64,000 nt of DNA from a bacterium (lineage in GTDB: Bacteria > Spirochaetota > Spirochaetia > Treponematales > UBA12059): positions 13,587 to 77,586 of the forward strand of contig DATKVB010000009.1 in the NCBI GenBank assembly GCA_035530295.1. The letters run 5' to 3'. Of this stretch, positions 9,162 to 19,042 are shown in pieces (within the stretch, counting starts at the first letter, position 1; each line of letters starts with the position of its first letter). The position numbers were made by a program, and so were the translations under genes. The notes beneath the pieces are model-generated. The model was not told the origin of the DNA, ran no database searches, and was given only the letters and a program-made list of their open reading frames with translations.

Positions 9162-12100
9162 TCAGTAGCCTCTGGCCGCGAGGCGCGCGTCGAGGTCGGA
9201 GACCTTCTGCACCGATAGCCCGCGCGGGAATATGGCGACAAGCCTGGTCAGCCTGGTCCTGGCGTTCAGATAATCGCCGCTTGTAAAGAATCCGACGGCA
9301 TCGTTGTACAGAGACTCGGCGGCACTGGAGAGCACGATGGCTGTATCGCCTCCGATGTATGTGGCTATACGGTCCTTGAGCCTGGAGGCGGCCTCGTTGT
9401 TCGGGTCAAGCGTTATTGCCTGTTCCAGCTGGGTCCGGGCAAAGGGGAACTGCGCAACCTGGCCGGAATCGAATATGCGCTGGGCAGCCTGCACGAGCGA
9501 CCGTGACTGGGCAATCGCCTTTGGATCAGGCGGCGGCTGTCTGAACCCGAGCAGTATCTCGGCCCGTTCTATGACCGTGCGGAGTCCGGAATAGCGCGGG
9601 TTGATGGCCTCGAGGTCCTTGAGGTCGCTGTAGGCTGTGGTCAGGTCAGTCCTGGAATCGACCTTGGCCTTGGCCTCGTTGAACATTCTCGCGAACTTGA
9701 TGCCGAACTGGTCGGGGTCGGACAGCTGGTCTATCTTCAGCTCCAGAACGCGGGCTTCCTGATTGAGCGGAAAGACAACTTTGACTTCCGATATCTTCTG
9801 TCGTGCCTGGTTGAACGACTTGATCGCGCCTGTCTTGTCACGCTTGGCAAGCAGGTTCGCCCCATCTTCGTAGTAGAGCTTGGCCAGCGATAAAAGCTGG
9901 CTCATCTCCGGGAAGAGCGGGGCTGTTACAGGAATATCACGGCCAGTCTTGACCGACAGCGCGGTCTGGACCAGTTTGAGCCAGTATTCGACCTCCACCT
10001 CCGGGGTCGTGTTTGTGGTGCTCCATCGTGACCTGGCCTGCAGTAGCGTGGATTCCGCCTGGTCGAACTGGCCTTGCAGGTACAGATCCTTGCCGCTGGT
10101 CAGGAGGCGCCTGGTCTCGGTGACGACGAGATCGTTTTCTGTTTTCAGTATGGTGTTGGCGAGATCCGAAAGCAGCTTGTCTGACTGGGTGCGCAGAAGC
10201 GGGTCCTGTTCGTAGGACAGCGAAGCGAGGTAGCGCTCCCGGGCACGTTCGAGCCGTTCCCTGGCTCCATCGAAGTTGTTCGCCTTCAGCGCGGCTTTTG
10301 ATTCTGTGACGCGGCGTTCCGCCTCGAGCCGGGCGGAGTCGGCCAGGCGCTTCTGCTCGCCGGCCTGCGTCATCAATGACGCGTTCTGGGCCACGGTGGC
10401 GCTTGTTGATGTGGACAGGTCGGCCGCCCGTGTCAGCCACTCCTGCACCGAGGCGTCCGAGGCGATGTAGCCGGGCCGCGATCGGTATAAGGCAAGGAAG
10501 GCGTCGATGGACGCGCGGAGGCCCTTGAGCGTGGTGTCGGCCGAACCGAGCGCGGCCAGAGCCTTGCCAGGGTACTTGAACACGGCATCGGGCAGCAATG
10601 GATCGTCTGATTGCACGCCGGCGAGCAGCGTGGAGCCCGTGGTCATATCGGTCTGGGCGGTCTTCAGGGCAGCCGCAAGGATTCCGTATTCATACCCGGC
10701 TGCCGACGCTATGGCCCGGGTCTCCATAGCGCGGGCATGGTCGGAAGCCAGCGCTATGCGGCCATCCAACAGGCCCTGTTCGGTGCTCGAGAAGTCTGAG
10801 CCATATCCCGCCTGCGTCCACACGGCGAGCCTCGAGGCCGACGCGCCCGATTCGTCGTGAAGAGTCTGTATCGATCCATAGGCCTTGACGAAGGCGGCTG
10901 CCCTGGCGTTGTACGCTGCCAGAGCCTCGGTCCTGGCATTGGCCGGAGGCGTGTACGCGGTGAGGGCCGCGGCTTCGGTATCGATGCTGGTCTGGATGGT
11001 CGCAAGGCGCGTGTAGGCCCTGGCCAGGTTCGCCGTCTGCAGGTACCGCAGGTAATCCGATCCCTTGAGCTTGAGGGCGGCCTGGCCGAGCGGTGTCGCC
11101 TGTTCGACCAGGTCGCTTGTCGCGTAGTGGCTCCAGAGTGACACCAGGGCTATGCCGCGGTCGGCAAGCGTGGCCACCTTGTCGAACCCGGCCTGTGCCG
11201 CCGGCCAGGTGCCGGCATCATAGGTGGCGCGCGCCAGTTCGATCTCCGCCTTGATGGTGTCATCGAGGGCTGTCTGCGCGGAGCCGAGCGCGCCGGCCCA
11301 GCCGGCATCGATGGCGCCGGCCACACCTTCGAGTTTTCCCTCCGTCTTCCTGCCCAGGACGAGGCGGAACGCGAACGGCAGGAACGAGTTGTCCGTCGCT
11401 GCCGGATTGTTGGCCGAAATGGCCGCGAACGTCTGTTCAAGTGCGCGACCCTGGTCGACTATGCCTCTCCGTATCTCGGCGACCGACAACGCCTCTGCCT
11501 CTGCCTTATTCCACGCTTCGGCTACCGCCTTGTCGTCACCCGCGCGGTAGGCTGCCGCGAGTGCGGCGAACGAGTCATTCATGGCGCCGAGGCCGTCCGT
11601 GAACCGGATGATGTCACCCGATATCGTTGAGACGCGCTGGAATGAGTCGTCGACGATGGCCTGGTCAAAACTGCCATCGGCGAACTCGGGCCGGTAGAGC
11701 ACGAAACCGGTTTCGTACAACTGCGCCGCCTCGGCGAATTTGCGGTTGTCTATCAAAACCCGGCCGTTGGCCATGATTTCCTCGAATTTCGCGCGGTTAT
11801 AGGTAAACAGGGCCAGGTACTTGGTCTGGGTGATGAATTCCTTGACGGCTGGATTGGGGTTTCGCTCGAAATTCTCGAGTTCCCTGATCATCGTTATTTT
11901 CTTGTCCTCGTTGGTCGGCTCCTTGACCATCGTATCGAGGAGGTTGAAGGCCTTGTCATTGTACGCGGAACGTATCTTGGTGATGCGCCTGAGCCGCTGC
12001 TGGGCGGCATCGAACCTGTCTGGATACTGCTTCATGAAATCGGTGAGATACAGTATCGCCTGATCATATTTTTGGTCGGCTATCAAGGTGTCGGCGTAGA

Positions 12101-12197
12101 CAAGGGGATCCTCACGGCTACCCATGCCCCAGGCGGCCGTCATGCAGTTGAGGAGAATACAGATGACGAGCGCGGTGCGGCGCATACTGACGTTCAT
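9162..12197 (-). CDS. TPR-repeat secreted/lipoprotein
   Basis: 1011-aa ORF with an N-terminal signal sequence and many TPR-like helical repeats. Its stop lies 2 nt from the start of the downstream phosphatase gene. Confidence 0.8.
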   Translation of the reverse strand: MNVSMRRTALVICILLNCMTAAWGMGSREDPLVYADTLIADQKYDQAILYLTDFMKQYPDRFDAAQQRLRRITKIRSAYNDKAFNLLDTMVKEPTNEDKKITMIRELENFERNPNPAVKEFITQTKYLALFTYNRAKFEEIMANGRVLIDNRKFAEAAQLYETGFVLYRPEFADGSFDQAIVDDSFQRVSTISGDIIRFTDGLGAMNDSFAALAAAYRAGDDKAVAEAWNKAEAEALSVAEIRRGIVDQGRALEQTFAAISANNPAATDNSFLPFAFRLVLGRKTEGKLEGVAGAIDAGWAGALGSAQTALDDTIKAEIELARATYDAGTWPAAQAGFDKVATLADRGIALVSLWSHYATSDLVEQATPLGQAALKLKGSDYLRYLQTANLARAYTRLATIQTSIDTEAAALTAYTPPANARTEALAAYNARAAAFVKAYGSIQTLHDESGASASRLAVWTQAGYGSDFSSTEQGLLDGRIALASDHARAMETRAIASAAGYEYGILAAALKTAQTDMTTGSTLLAGVQSDDPLLPDAVFKYPGKALAALGSADTTLKGLRASIDAFLALYRSRPGYIASDASVQEWLTRAADLSTSTSATVAQNASLMTQAGEQKRLADSARLEAERRVTESKAALKANNFDGARERLERARERYLASLSYEQDPLLRTQSDKLLSDLANTILKTENDLVVTETRRLLTSGKDLYLQGQFDQAESTLLQARSRWSTTNTTPEVEVEYWLKLVQTALSVKTGRDIPVTAPLFPEMSQLLSLAKLYYEDGANLLAKRDKTGAIKSFNQARQKISEVKVVFPLNQEARVLELKIDQLSDPDQFGIKFARMFNEAKAKVDSRTDLTTAYSDLKDLEAINPRYSGLRTVIERAEILLGFRQPPPDPKAIAQSRSLVQAAQRIFDSGQVAQFPFARTQLEQAITLDPNNEAASRLKDRIATYIGGDTAIVLSSAAESLYNDAVGFFTSGDYLNARTRLTRLVAIFPRGLSVQKVSDLDARLAARGY

Positions 12198-12353
12198 CGA
12201 TACGGTGCCGTCGAAGGCTCCTCCCGTGGTCGTGCACCGGGACGCGGACCCGGTACCACCCTATCATTGTCGGCGGGTTCTGGCGTTAGCTGAGCACGCC
12301 GCGTGATAACCCGATAGAAATTATATCAAACGTACTGTATATTCCATTGTAGC

Positions 12354-13616
12354 ATGAAGAGAAAGCCCGGACTGCTACTCTGTTTTGTCCTCATGGTATG
12401 CGCCCGGGTTGGTGCCCAGGGGGTATTCCCCAGCGCCTACGACCTCGTCTACAGTCTGTTCTCGCTTCAGGATCCCAACGCCGGCCTGACAACCTTCCTG
12501 TCGGCCCTGATACCGGTCGGCGGCAGTGCCGAAAGCATGGGCATGGCCTTTACCGCGGTGGCTGACGACGCCTCGTTCCTGGATCTCAATCCCTCTGCCA
12601 GCGCCGTGCAGGATCAGACCCAGTTTGCCTTCTACCACAACAACTGGATAGCCGATACCCGCATCGAAGGCATAGCGTACACGATGCGGCTCGGGACGAT
12701 CGGCCTGTCCTTGGGCGGCAAGTGGCTGTACTTGCCCTTTACCGAATATTCCGATTTCGCAGAGCGTCTGACCACCGGCTACTATTCGGAGGCGATTGGC
12801 ATTGCCAACGCATCCATACACCTCTGGCCTGGCTACTACTTCTATGGCGTGGCTCTGGGCGCCAACCTCAAGCTGGCATACCGGTCGATGCCTGACTTCT
12901 CCGATGACGCGGGCACGATCATAGCCGGGTCCGGTGCCAGCCAATCGGCTGTCGCTGTCATGGCCGACATAGGCGCGCTGACTCGGTTCAACATTGCCAA
13001 ATTGTACTCCTCCAGGAGCAAGAACTTTGCCGTGGGCCTGGCCCTGAAGAACTTCGGGCCGCCGGTTATGGGAGAGGCCCTGCCCACCGTAGCCACCGCC
13101 GGGGTAGCGTACAACTTCCTGAAGCCAATACTGATTTCAGGTGACATCAGCTTCCCCATCAACCTGGTCGATCCGTCGCTGAGCGAGCGGTTCTACTGGG
13201 GCGTTGGGTACCGGATGACCATAACGAACTTCTGGGATCTGCAGGCGGGGCTGCTGGTCAAGGGCGGCAACCCCAGGATCAGCGTCGGAGCCGCGCTCGA
13301 CTTCGCGCCACTGACGCTCGAGGTGAACTACACCCTCGACCTGACAACCCAGTTTTCTCCCCTCAACCGCATGAGCGTCGAGGCTCGTTTTGCCCTGGGA
13401 GACCTGGGGCGAGCCCAGAAGGCCGCCAAGGCGGAGGATCTGTACCTGCAGGGGCTCGACGCCTACGCAGCCGGCGACCTGGAACTGGCTATTTCATACT
13501 GGGATGAATCGCTTAAACTAAATCCATACTTCGATCCTGCGCGCGAGAATAGAGCTACCGCGCGCACCGCGCTTGAACTGAGAAAGCGCATACTCGAACT
13601 GCAGAAGCTCGAGTAG
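12354..13616 (+). CDS. outer-membrane beta-barrel protein (FadL/UPF0164-like) with C-terminal TPR extension
   Basis: 420-aa ORF with a signal peptide, the block SAESMGMAFTAVADDASFLDLNPSA and alternating beta-strand-like sequence. The C-terminus is TPR-like (AEDLYLQGLDAYAAGDLELAISYWDESLKLNPYF). Confidence 0.7.
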   Translation: MKRKPGLLLCFVLMVCARVGAQGVFPSAYDLVYSLFSLQDPNAGLTTFLSALIPVGGSAESMGMAFTAVADDASFLDLNPSASAVQDQTQFAFYHNNWIADTRIEGIAYTMRLGTIGLSLGGKWLYLPFTEYSDFAERLTTGYYSEAIGIANASIHLWPGYYFYGVALGANLKLAYRSMPDFSDDAGTIIAGSGASQSAVAVMADIGALTRFNIAKLYSSRSKNFAVGLALKNFGPPVMGEALPTVATAGVAYNFLKPILISGDISFPINLVDPSLSERFYWGVGYRMTITNFWDLQAGLLVKGGNPRISVGAALDFAPLTLEVNYTLDLTTQFSPLNRMSVEARFALGDLGRAQKAAKAEDLYLQGLDAYAAGDLELAISYWDESLKLNPYFDPARENRATARTALELRKRILELQKLE

Positions 13617-13644
13617 TACTATATTCCAACATGTGGAGAATGCG

Positions 13645-14232
13645 ATGACCGTGCTTGCCATCATTTTCAGGCTGCTTGGAGCGGCGACTTCCGTGTACAT
13701 GCTCCTGTGCATAGTCCGGGTGTTCCTGTATTGGTTCCCGACATCGGGACTGGGTCGTTCGGCCGAGATGCTCGAGCGCGTTACCGATCCGTATCTGTCG
13801 ATATGGAGCCGACTCTCGTTCCTGAAGGCCGGTGGCATTGATTTTTCGCCCATCGTGGCGCTTGCTGTCCTTTCCGGCGTATCGAGGATGTTCTCCGTAG
13901 CCTCATACGGGGCTCTGACGGTGGGACTCGTGCTGTCGTTGGTGCTCGAGATAGCGTGGGCTCCGGTCGCCTTCTTGCTGGGGTTCTTCGCGGTGCTGTT
14001 GATAGCGCGCATCATAGCCTACGCGGCCCACTGGAACAGCCTGCACCCGGTATGGCGAGCCGTCGACGCGATGATCAATCCGGTGCTTTTTAGAATCAAG
14101 CGCTTGATATATCGAGATAGGATAGTCAATTACATGCAGGGGCTGATAACCGGCGTGCTCGTGATTGCTGGCGTTCGCGTGGCGCTTGGGCTGGTCGTGG
14201 GGCTGCTGATCGGGCTCCTGCGCAGGATATAA
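13645..14232 (+). CDS. YggT-family membrane protein
   Basis: ATG at 13645 lies 6 nt after GGAG; the track start at 13633 is a GTG. Multi-TM protein with the YggT-like block TDPYLSIWSRL...GGIDFSPIVAL. Confidence 0.75.
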   Translation: MTVLAIIFRLLGAATSVYMLLCIVRVFLYWFPTSGLGRSAEMLERVTDPYLSIWSRLSFLKAGGIDFSPIVALAVLSGVSRMFSVASYGALTVGLVLSLVLEIAWAPVAFLLGFFAVLLIARIIAYAAHWNSLHPVWRAVDAMINPVLFRIKRLIYRDRIVNYMQGLITGVLVIAGVRVALGLVVGLLIGLLRRI

Positions 14233-14242
14233 AGGAAGACCA

Positions 14243-14533
14243 ATGCTGACATCAAAACAACGGGCTCACCTCTCGTCGCTGGCCAATACACTTGAACCTG
14301 TCGTGTTCCTTGGCAAGGCAGGCGCCGCAGGCGGCGTGGAGCAGGCACTCGATCGCGCGCTTACCGACCACGAGCTTATCAAGCTGCGCTTCGTCGACTT
14401 CAAGGGCGAGCGCAAGGAGCTGGCACAGCAGCTGGCTGACAAGGCCGGCGCCGACCTGGTCCGCGTCATAGGACACGTCGCCATCATGTATCGACAGAGT
14501 CCCGATCCTGAGAAGCGTGTGATCGAACCATAA
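14243..14533 (+). CDS. yhbY: YhbY/CRM-domain RNA-binding ribosome-assembly protein
   Basis: 96-aa ORF colinear with E. coli YhbY, sharing LTSKQRAHLSSLANTLEPVVFLGKAG and HELIKLRF. Confidence 0.8.
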   Translation: MLTSKQRAHLSSLANTLEPVVFLGKAGAAGGVEQALDRALTDHELIKLRFVDFKGERKELAQQLADKAGADLVRVIGHVAIMYRQSPDPEKRVIEP

Positions 14534-14543
14534 GGCACCGTGT

Positions 14544-14891
14544 ATGTCCAGACTGTTTCTCGTGATCCCCCTGCTGCTCCTCGGCGCCGGGCAGCTATCG
14601 GCTGCACTTTCCGGTAAGGCCATAGCCGCCGGGGGCTCGGCCTTCAACCTGTGTACCGCGGCTGCCTACCTGTTCCTGGCGCTTCGGGGGCTGAGCTGGG
14701 TGCTGATCGTGAGGCGCTTTCCGCTGTCGCGTGCCTATCCGGTGATGAGCCTGGGCTACATCGTTGTGCCGCTCGTGGCAGCCCTGTTCCTGGGCGACAG
14801 ACTCGAGTGGCGCACGCTCGTCGGCATGGTTCTTGTTGGGGCAGGCGTGGCTCTGGTTGGTTCCGACGATCGCACGGCGCAACACCGATGA
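14544..14891 (+). CDS. small EamA-like 4-TM protein, ArnE-like flippase subunit
   Basis: 115-aa hydrophobic ORF. Its size, topology and pairing with a second small subunit resemble ArnE/ArnF. Confidence 0.6.
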   Translation: MSRLFLVIPLLLLGAGQLSAALSGKAIAAGGSAFNLCTAAAYLFLALRGLSWVLIVRRFPLSRAYPVMSLGYIVVPLVAALFLGDRLEWRTLVGMVLVGAGVALVGSDDRTAQHR

Positions 14892-15262
14892 GCATATACC
14901 TTGTTCTTGTGGTAGTGCTTTCAGCCGCCGGCCAGGTTCTGGTCAAGGCGGGCGCAAACCTGACCCTGCCCAGACAGGATGAGGCTGCCGCCGGCCCGTT
15001 TTGGCGCCTGCTTGTCTTTGCCCGAAAGGCCATGAATCCCTGGCTTGTCGCGGGCATTGCCTGCGTCGCTCTTGTCCCATTGCTGTATACTCGCGCGCTG
15101 GCGGGTTCGGCGCTCTCCACTGTGTATGGAGCGACCGGGCTCAGCTATCCTTTGGTGATTGGGGCCAGTGCCCTCTTCTTTGGGGAAAGAATCGGCAGGA
15201 GGCAGATTGTGGGTGGCGTCCTTATCGTGGCTGGCTTTATTGTATGGAGCGGCATGCCATGA
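14888..15262 (+). CDS. small EamA-like 4-TM protein, ArnF-like flippase subunit
   Basis: Internal ATG at 14888 overlaps the upstream stop (ATGA). 124-aa hydrophobic product MSIYLVLVVVLSAAGQVLVKAG. The track's upstream extension overlaps the previous gene and is rejected. Confidence 0.6.
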   Translation: MSIYLVLVVVLSAAGQVLVKAGANLTLPRQDEAAAGPFWRLLVFARKAMNPWLVAGIACVALVPLLYTRALAGSALSTVYGATGLSYPLVIGASALFFGERIGRRQIVGGVLIVAGFIVWSGMP

Positions 15263-17307
15263 TTTCCGTATGCGTACCCAGCTACAATGGCGCCGCAACC
15301 GTGGCCGACCTGTGCCGCTCCGTGGCTGATGTCATGTCCGGGATGGACGAGGACTGGGAGTTGCTGGTCGTCCTCGACGGTTCGACCGACGCCAGCGAAT
15401 CGGTTCTGAATCCTCTGGTGCTCGATGGGACTATTGATAAGGTGATCGTGCTCGCACGGCGCTGTGGCCAGCAGCGGGCGACACTCCGCGGCATTGCGGC
15501 GGCCCGGGGAGACGTGGTCGTCACCATTGACGACGACTTTGGCCATCAGCCACGGGCCATAGCGGAGATGGTGCCGTTGCTTGACAGGAACTCGCCCGGA
15601 GGCGATGTGCTGTTTGCACTTCCATCGACGACGGGCAGGGTGGCTGCCAGAAACTGGGGAGCGGCTCTGAGATCGGCGCTGTTCAGGCTGGTTGCCGGAG
15701 CGCCAGCTGACCTTGTGCCGTCAAGTTTTCGTTTCTTCACCCGGCCATGCTCAGAGGCACTTCTGGCCAGCATCAATCAGTGCACATACCTTTCTGTCGA
15801 CCTGGTACGGCACGCCGCGCGCGTGCGCTCTGTTCCTCTCGGAGACTCGATCAGCATATCCAGCGGTCCAAGCCGCCGCCGCGGACTGTCGCTTCTGATT
15901 TCATTTCTATCACTAGGGCTGTATCTGCCTTTCGTTCCCTGTGTCCTCAGAAGGGCATTCGGCGGCATGGGCAGGATTGATGTCAGGGAGCTTCGGGGAC
16001 CGGCTGGTTGCCTGCTTGTCGTCGGCGCCGGACGCGGCCAGTGCGGCCTGATACGGCGCGGGATCGAGCATGGCCTGCGCGTGCTTGTCAGCGACCGCGA
16101 TCCCGGCGCACCTGGGGCCGGGATCGCCGAAAGGCTGCTGGTGGCGGATACCTTTGATCCGAAAGGGACGGTGTCTGCGGTCCGTGACCTTCAGTCTGAA
16201 GGCCTGCGCATCGACGGCGTCGCCACCGCCGGCACGGACCAGCCGGTGCTTACCGTCGCCGCCGTGGCCGAGGCCTTTGGCCTTGGTGGCGCCTTGCCCT
16301 ATGACGTCGCGCTCGCGGTCACCAACAAGTCGGTGATGAAGAAGCGCCTGAACGAGCTTGGCCTGCCGACCCTGGCCTGGCGGCTGGTGGGGCCGGAAGA
16401 TGCAAGCTCAGGAGCGAAGGTCGTGCGCGATGTGGCACCGGAAGGCGCCGCGGTCCTCAAGCCGATGGACAGCCAGGGGCAGCGCGGCATCTTCCTGGTG
16501 CGGAATGACGCCGAAGTCTTCGGCTACCTGCCACAGACCCTGTCGTACAGCCGCGAACCGCGCGCCATGCTGGAGTGCTTCTACCCGTCGGAAGAAGTAA
16601 CCTTGAGCGGCTGGGTTCATAGAGGCCGGCTGTATCCGCTGCTCCTGACCGACCGGGCGACCATGACCTCCGGGCCGCACATAGGAATCTGCCCGGCGCA
16701 CCGGTATCCGTCAAGACACTTCAGGAACCACGGAGCGGAGATTGTATCGATATGCTCCAGGTTCGTCGAAGGCTTCGGCATTCAGTCAGGCCCCATCTAT
16801 GTGCAGCTGCTGATAGGCTCCGAAGGAGTAGTGATAAACGAGGTGGCGTGCAGGATAGGTGGCGCCTACGAGGAAGTGCTGGTGCCGGCTCTGACCGGCG
16901 TCGATATCCTTGATTTGCAGCTTGAGCTGGCGATGCACGGCAGCATCGATCCAGAGGCCGTGGTCGCGCTTGAGCGTGCCAGCCGGCAATGGCCGCCCCG
17001 AGGCTTTGCTACGACTGTACTCGCCTTTACCGGAGAGGGGCGAGTCGGGCGGGTAGGTGACCAGGCCGTGCTTGCAGCCTTGCCCGGTGTCCGGGGCGCC
17101 GGATACTTGCTTGATGCCGGTACCCATATAGGCTCGCTTGTCAACTCGACCGGCAGGGCAGCCTGGGGTGTGATCACGGCCACAAGCCGTGCGCATATCA
17201 ATCGCCGCATCCATCGATTCTATGACGCCCTGGATGTCGAATCGGATTCCGGGGTGAATCTGGTCCGCGACCTGCGGAGCGCCGCCCTGCACTTGGAGGA
17301 TTCATGA
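15259..17307 (+). CDS. GT2 polyprenyl-phosphate glycosyltransferase (ArnC-like) fused to an ATP-grasp domain
   Basis: ATG at 15259 overlaps the upstream stop (ATGA). The N-terminal GT2 blocks are CVPSYNG, VVLDGSTDAS, RRCGQQRA and TIDDDFGHQP. TM helices follow, then a C-terminal ATP-grasp-like region (LLVVGAGRGQ, VLKPMDSQGQRGIFLV). Confidence 0.75.
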   Translation: MISVCVPSYNGAATVADLCRSVADVMSGMDEDWELLVVLDGSTDASESVLNPLVLDGTIDKVIVLARRCGQQRATLRGIAAARGDVVVTIDDDFGHQPRAIAEMVPLLDRNSPGGDVLFALPSTTGRVAARNWGAALRSALFRLVAGAPADLVPSSFRFFTRPCSEALLASINQCTYLSVDLVRHAARVRSVPLGDSISISSGPSRRRGLSLLISFLSLGLYLPFVPCVLRRAFGGMGRIDVRELRGPAGCLLVVGAGRGQCGLIRRGIEHGLRVLVSDRDPGAPGAGIAERLLVADTFDPKGTVSAVRDLQSEGLRIDGVATAGTDQPVLTVAAVAEAFGLGGALPYDVALAVTNKSVMKKRLNELGLPTLAWRLVGPEDASSGAKVVRDVAPEGAAVLKPMDSQGQRGIFLVRNDAEVFGYLPQTLSYSREPRAMLECFYPSEEVTLSGWVHRGRLYPLLLTDRATMTSGPHIGICPAHRYPSRHFRNHGAEIVSICSRFVEGFGIQSGPIYVQLLIGSEGVVINEVACRIGGAYEEVLVPALTGVDILDLQLELAMHGSIDPEAVVALERASRQWPPRGFATTVLAFTGEGRVGRVGDQAVLAALPGVRGAGYLLDAGTHIGSLVNSTGRAAWGVITATSRAHINRRIHRFYDALDVESDSGVNLVRDLRSAALHLEDS

Positions 17308-18290
17308 ACCCGCGCCGCTACCCGTTGATTGCCGTCTCTGTGATCATGCTTGGTGCGTCGCTGTCGTCATGCCAGAAGAGCCAGTCGGGACTACGGATTG
17401 CGGAGCAATTCGGTCTGGCCTACGCGCCGGTGACGATAGCCAGGCAACTGGGTTTCATGGATGAGGCGCTCAAGGAGGCCGGGCTGCCGGACAAGGTGGA
17501 ATGGCTACGGCTGGCTAATACCGCTACCATTCGGGAGGCCGCGCTGGCGGGCAATGTCGATGCCGCCTTCATGGGAATACCGCCGTACCTCATCAGCAAG
17601 GCCGGCGGCATGACCTGGCGCATCGCCGCGGGGCTCAACCAGTCGCCTAACGCGCTGGTCTCGGGCAGCGCCCGCATTCAGAACCTTGACGACTTCAAGC
17701 CCGAGGATCGCATTGTCCTGCCGCAGCCGGGCAGCATCCAGCATATATTGCTGGCCATGGGCGCACAGCGCCTTCTGGGCGACGCGAAGCGTTTCGACAA
17801 CCAGCTTGTCACCATGAGCCACCCCGATGGCATGCAGGCGCTGCTCGCGGGCAAGGAGATCGTCGCCCATTTTACATCGTCGCCTTATCTGGCTCTTGAA
17901 CTGAAGCAGCCGGGCATCCACCAGATACTGGACGGGCGGACCTGTTTCGGGGGGCCGTATACCTTCATCGTCACCGTCGCCACAGACAAACTGGCCCAGA
18001 CGCGCCCGCGGGTATACCGGGCCTTCATGGCAGGGCTACGGAAGGGCATAGATTATGTGCGCGAGCATCCGGAAGAGAGCGCCAGGATCCTTGCACCCCT
18101 GTACTCGATGGATGTCGAGACCGTCATGGCGCTGCTTGGCGAACAGGGTAACGAGTATGGCACGACTGTCCTGGGTTTGGGGCGCTTCGTCGACTTCATG
18201 AAGGAGACCGGCTATCTGCCCGAGAAATTCAGCTATGGCGACGACCTGTACTGGGATCCCGCGGTCGCTCGTGGCGACGTGCGTCAGTGA
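17304..18290 (+). CDS. ABC transporter substrate-binding lipoprotein (NitT/TauT, NMT1-like)
   Basis: 328-aa ORF with the lipobox LSSC and SsuA/TauA/NMT1-like sequence. The ATGA overlap couples it to the upstream gene. Confidence 0.75.
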   Translation: MNPRRYPLIAVSVIMLGASLSSCQKSQSGLRIAEQFGLAYAPVTIARQLGFMDEALKEAGLPDKVEWLRLANTATIREAALAGNVDAAFMGIPPYLISKAGGMTWRIAAGLNQSPNALVSGSARIQNLDDFKPEDRIVLPQPGSIQHILLAMGAQRLLGDAKRFDNQLVTMSHPDGMQALLAGKEIVAHFTSSPYLALELKQPGIHQILDGRTCFGGPYTFIVTVATDKLAQTRPRVYRAFMAGLRKGIDYVREHPEESARILAPLYSMDVETVMALLGEQGNEYGTTVLGLGRFVDFMKETGYLPEKFSYGDDLYWDPAVARGDVRQ

Positions 18291-19042
18291 GCCTTTTACT
18301 GATACCCCTCGCGCTCGCGGGCTGGCAGGCGCTGGCCATGAGCGGCGCGGTCTCGCCACTGCTCGTGCCCGGACTGGACGCCATAGCCGTCGCCTTGTGG
18401 AGGGACCTGATCCACGGCACCCTGTCGTACCAGCTGCTATTTTCACTTGGCCTTGTCGGAGCGGGGACAATTCTTGGAGCGTTCTTCGCGGTGATCCTGG
18501 CAGCCATCGCATCACTCGGCCGCGAGGCACTGCGCAGCGTCCGCCTGCTCACCGCCCTCTTGCATCCACTGCCCGGCATAGCCTTGCTTCCACTTGTCGT
18601 GCTCTGGGCTGGCACTGGCACTCCCGCGGTGCTCCTTGTGATGATTCATGCCGCCCTGTGGCCGGTGTATCTGAACCTGCAGACCGGGCTTGACGAAATT
18701 CCACAGCGATACCGCGAGATGACGCGCAACTGGGAACTGCGGCGCGCCGGAATATTCATGCATGTCATCGTGCCCGCGGTCTTCCCCTCCATGTTGTCAG
18801 GGCTTCGTACCGCCTGGGCCAGATCCTGGCGCGCGCTTATTGCGGCGGAGATGGTCTTTGGCGCTGCGGGCCATTTTGGTGGCATAGGCTGGTACCTCTT
18901 CGAGCGCCGGGTGTACATGGACACGCCGGGGCTCTACGCCGGGCTCTTCATGGTTATGGCGGCTGGCGTGCTGATGGATGCGCTGCTGTTCGGTTCTCTC
19001 GAACGAATTACCGCACGCCGCTGGGGACGGGATACGCGATGA
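18287..19042 (+). CDS. ABC transporter permease (NitT/TauT family)
   Basis: 251-aa multi-TM ORF with a BPD-type permease pattern. GTGA overlap with the upstream gene. Confidence 0.8.
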   Translation: MSLLLIPLALAGWQALAMSGAVSPLLVPGLDAIAVALWRDLIHGTLSYQLLFSLGLVGAGTILGAFFAVILAAIASLGREALRSVRLLTALLHPLPGIALLPLVVLWAGTGTPAVLLVMIHAALWPVYLNLQTGLDEIPQRYREMTRNWELRRAGIFMHVIVPAVFPSMLSGLRTAWARSWRALIAAEMVFGAAGHFGGIGWYLFERRVYMDTPGLYAGLFMVMAAGVLMDALLFGSLERITARRWGRDTR

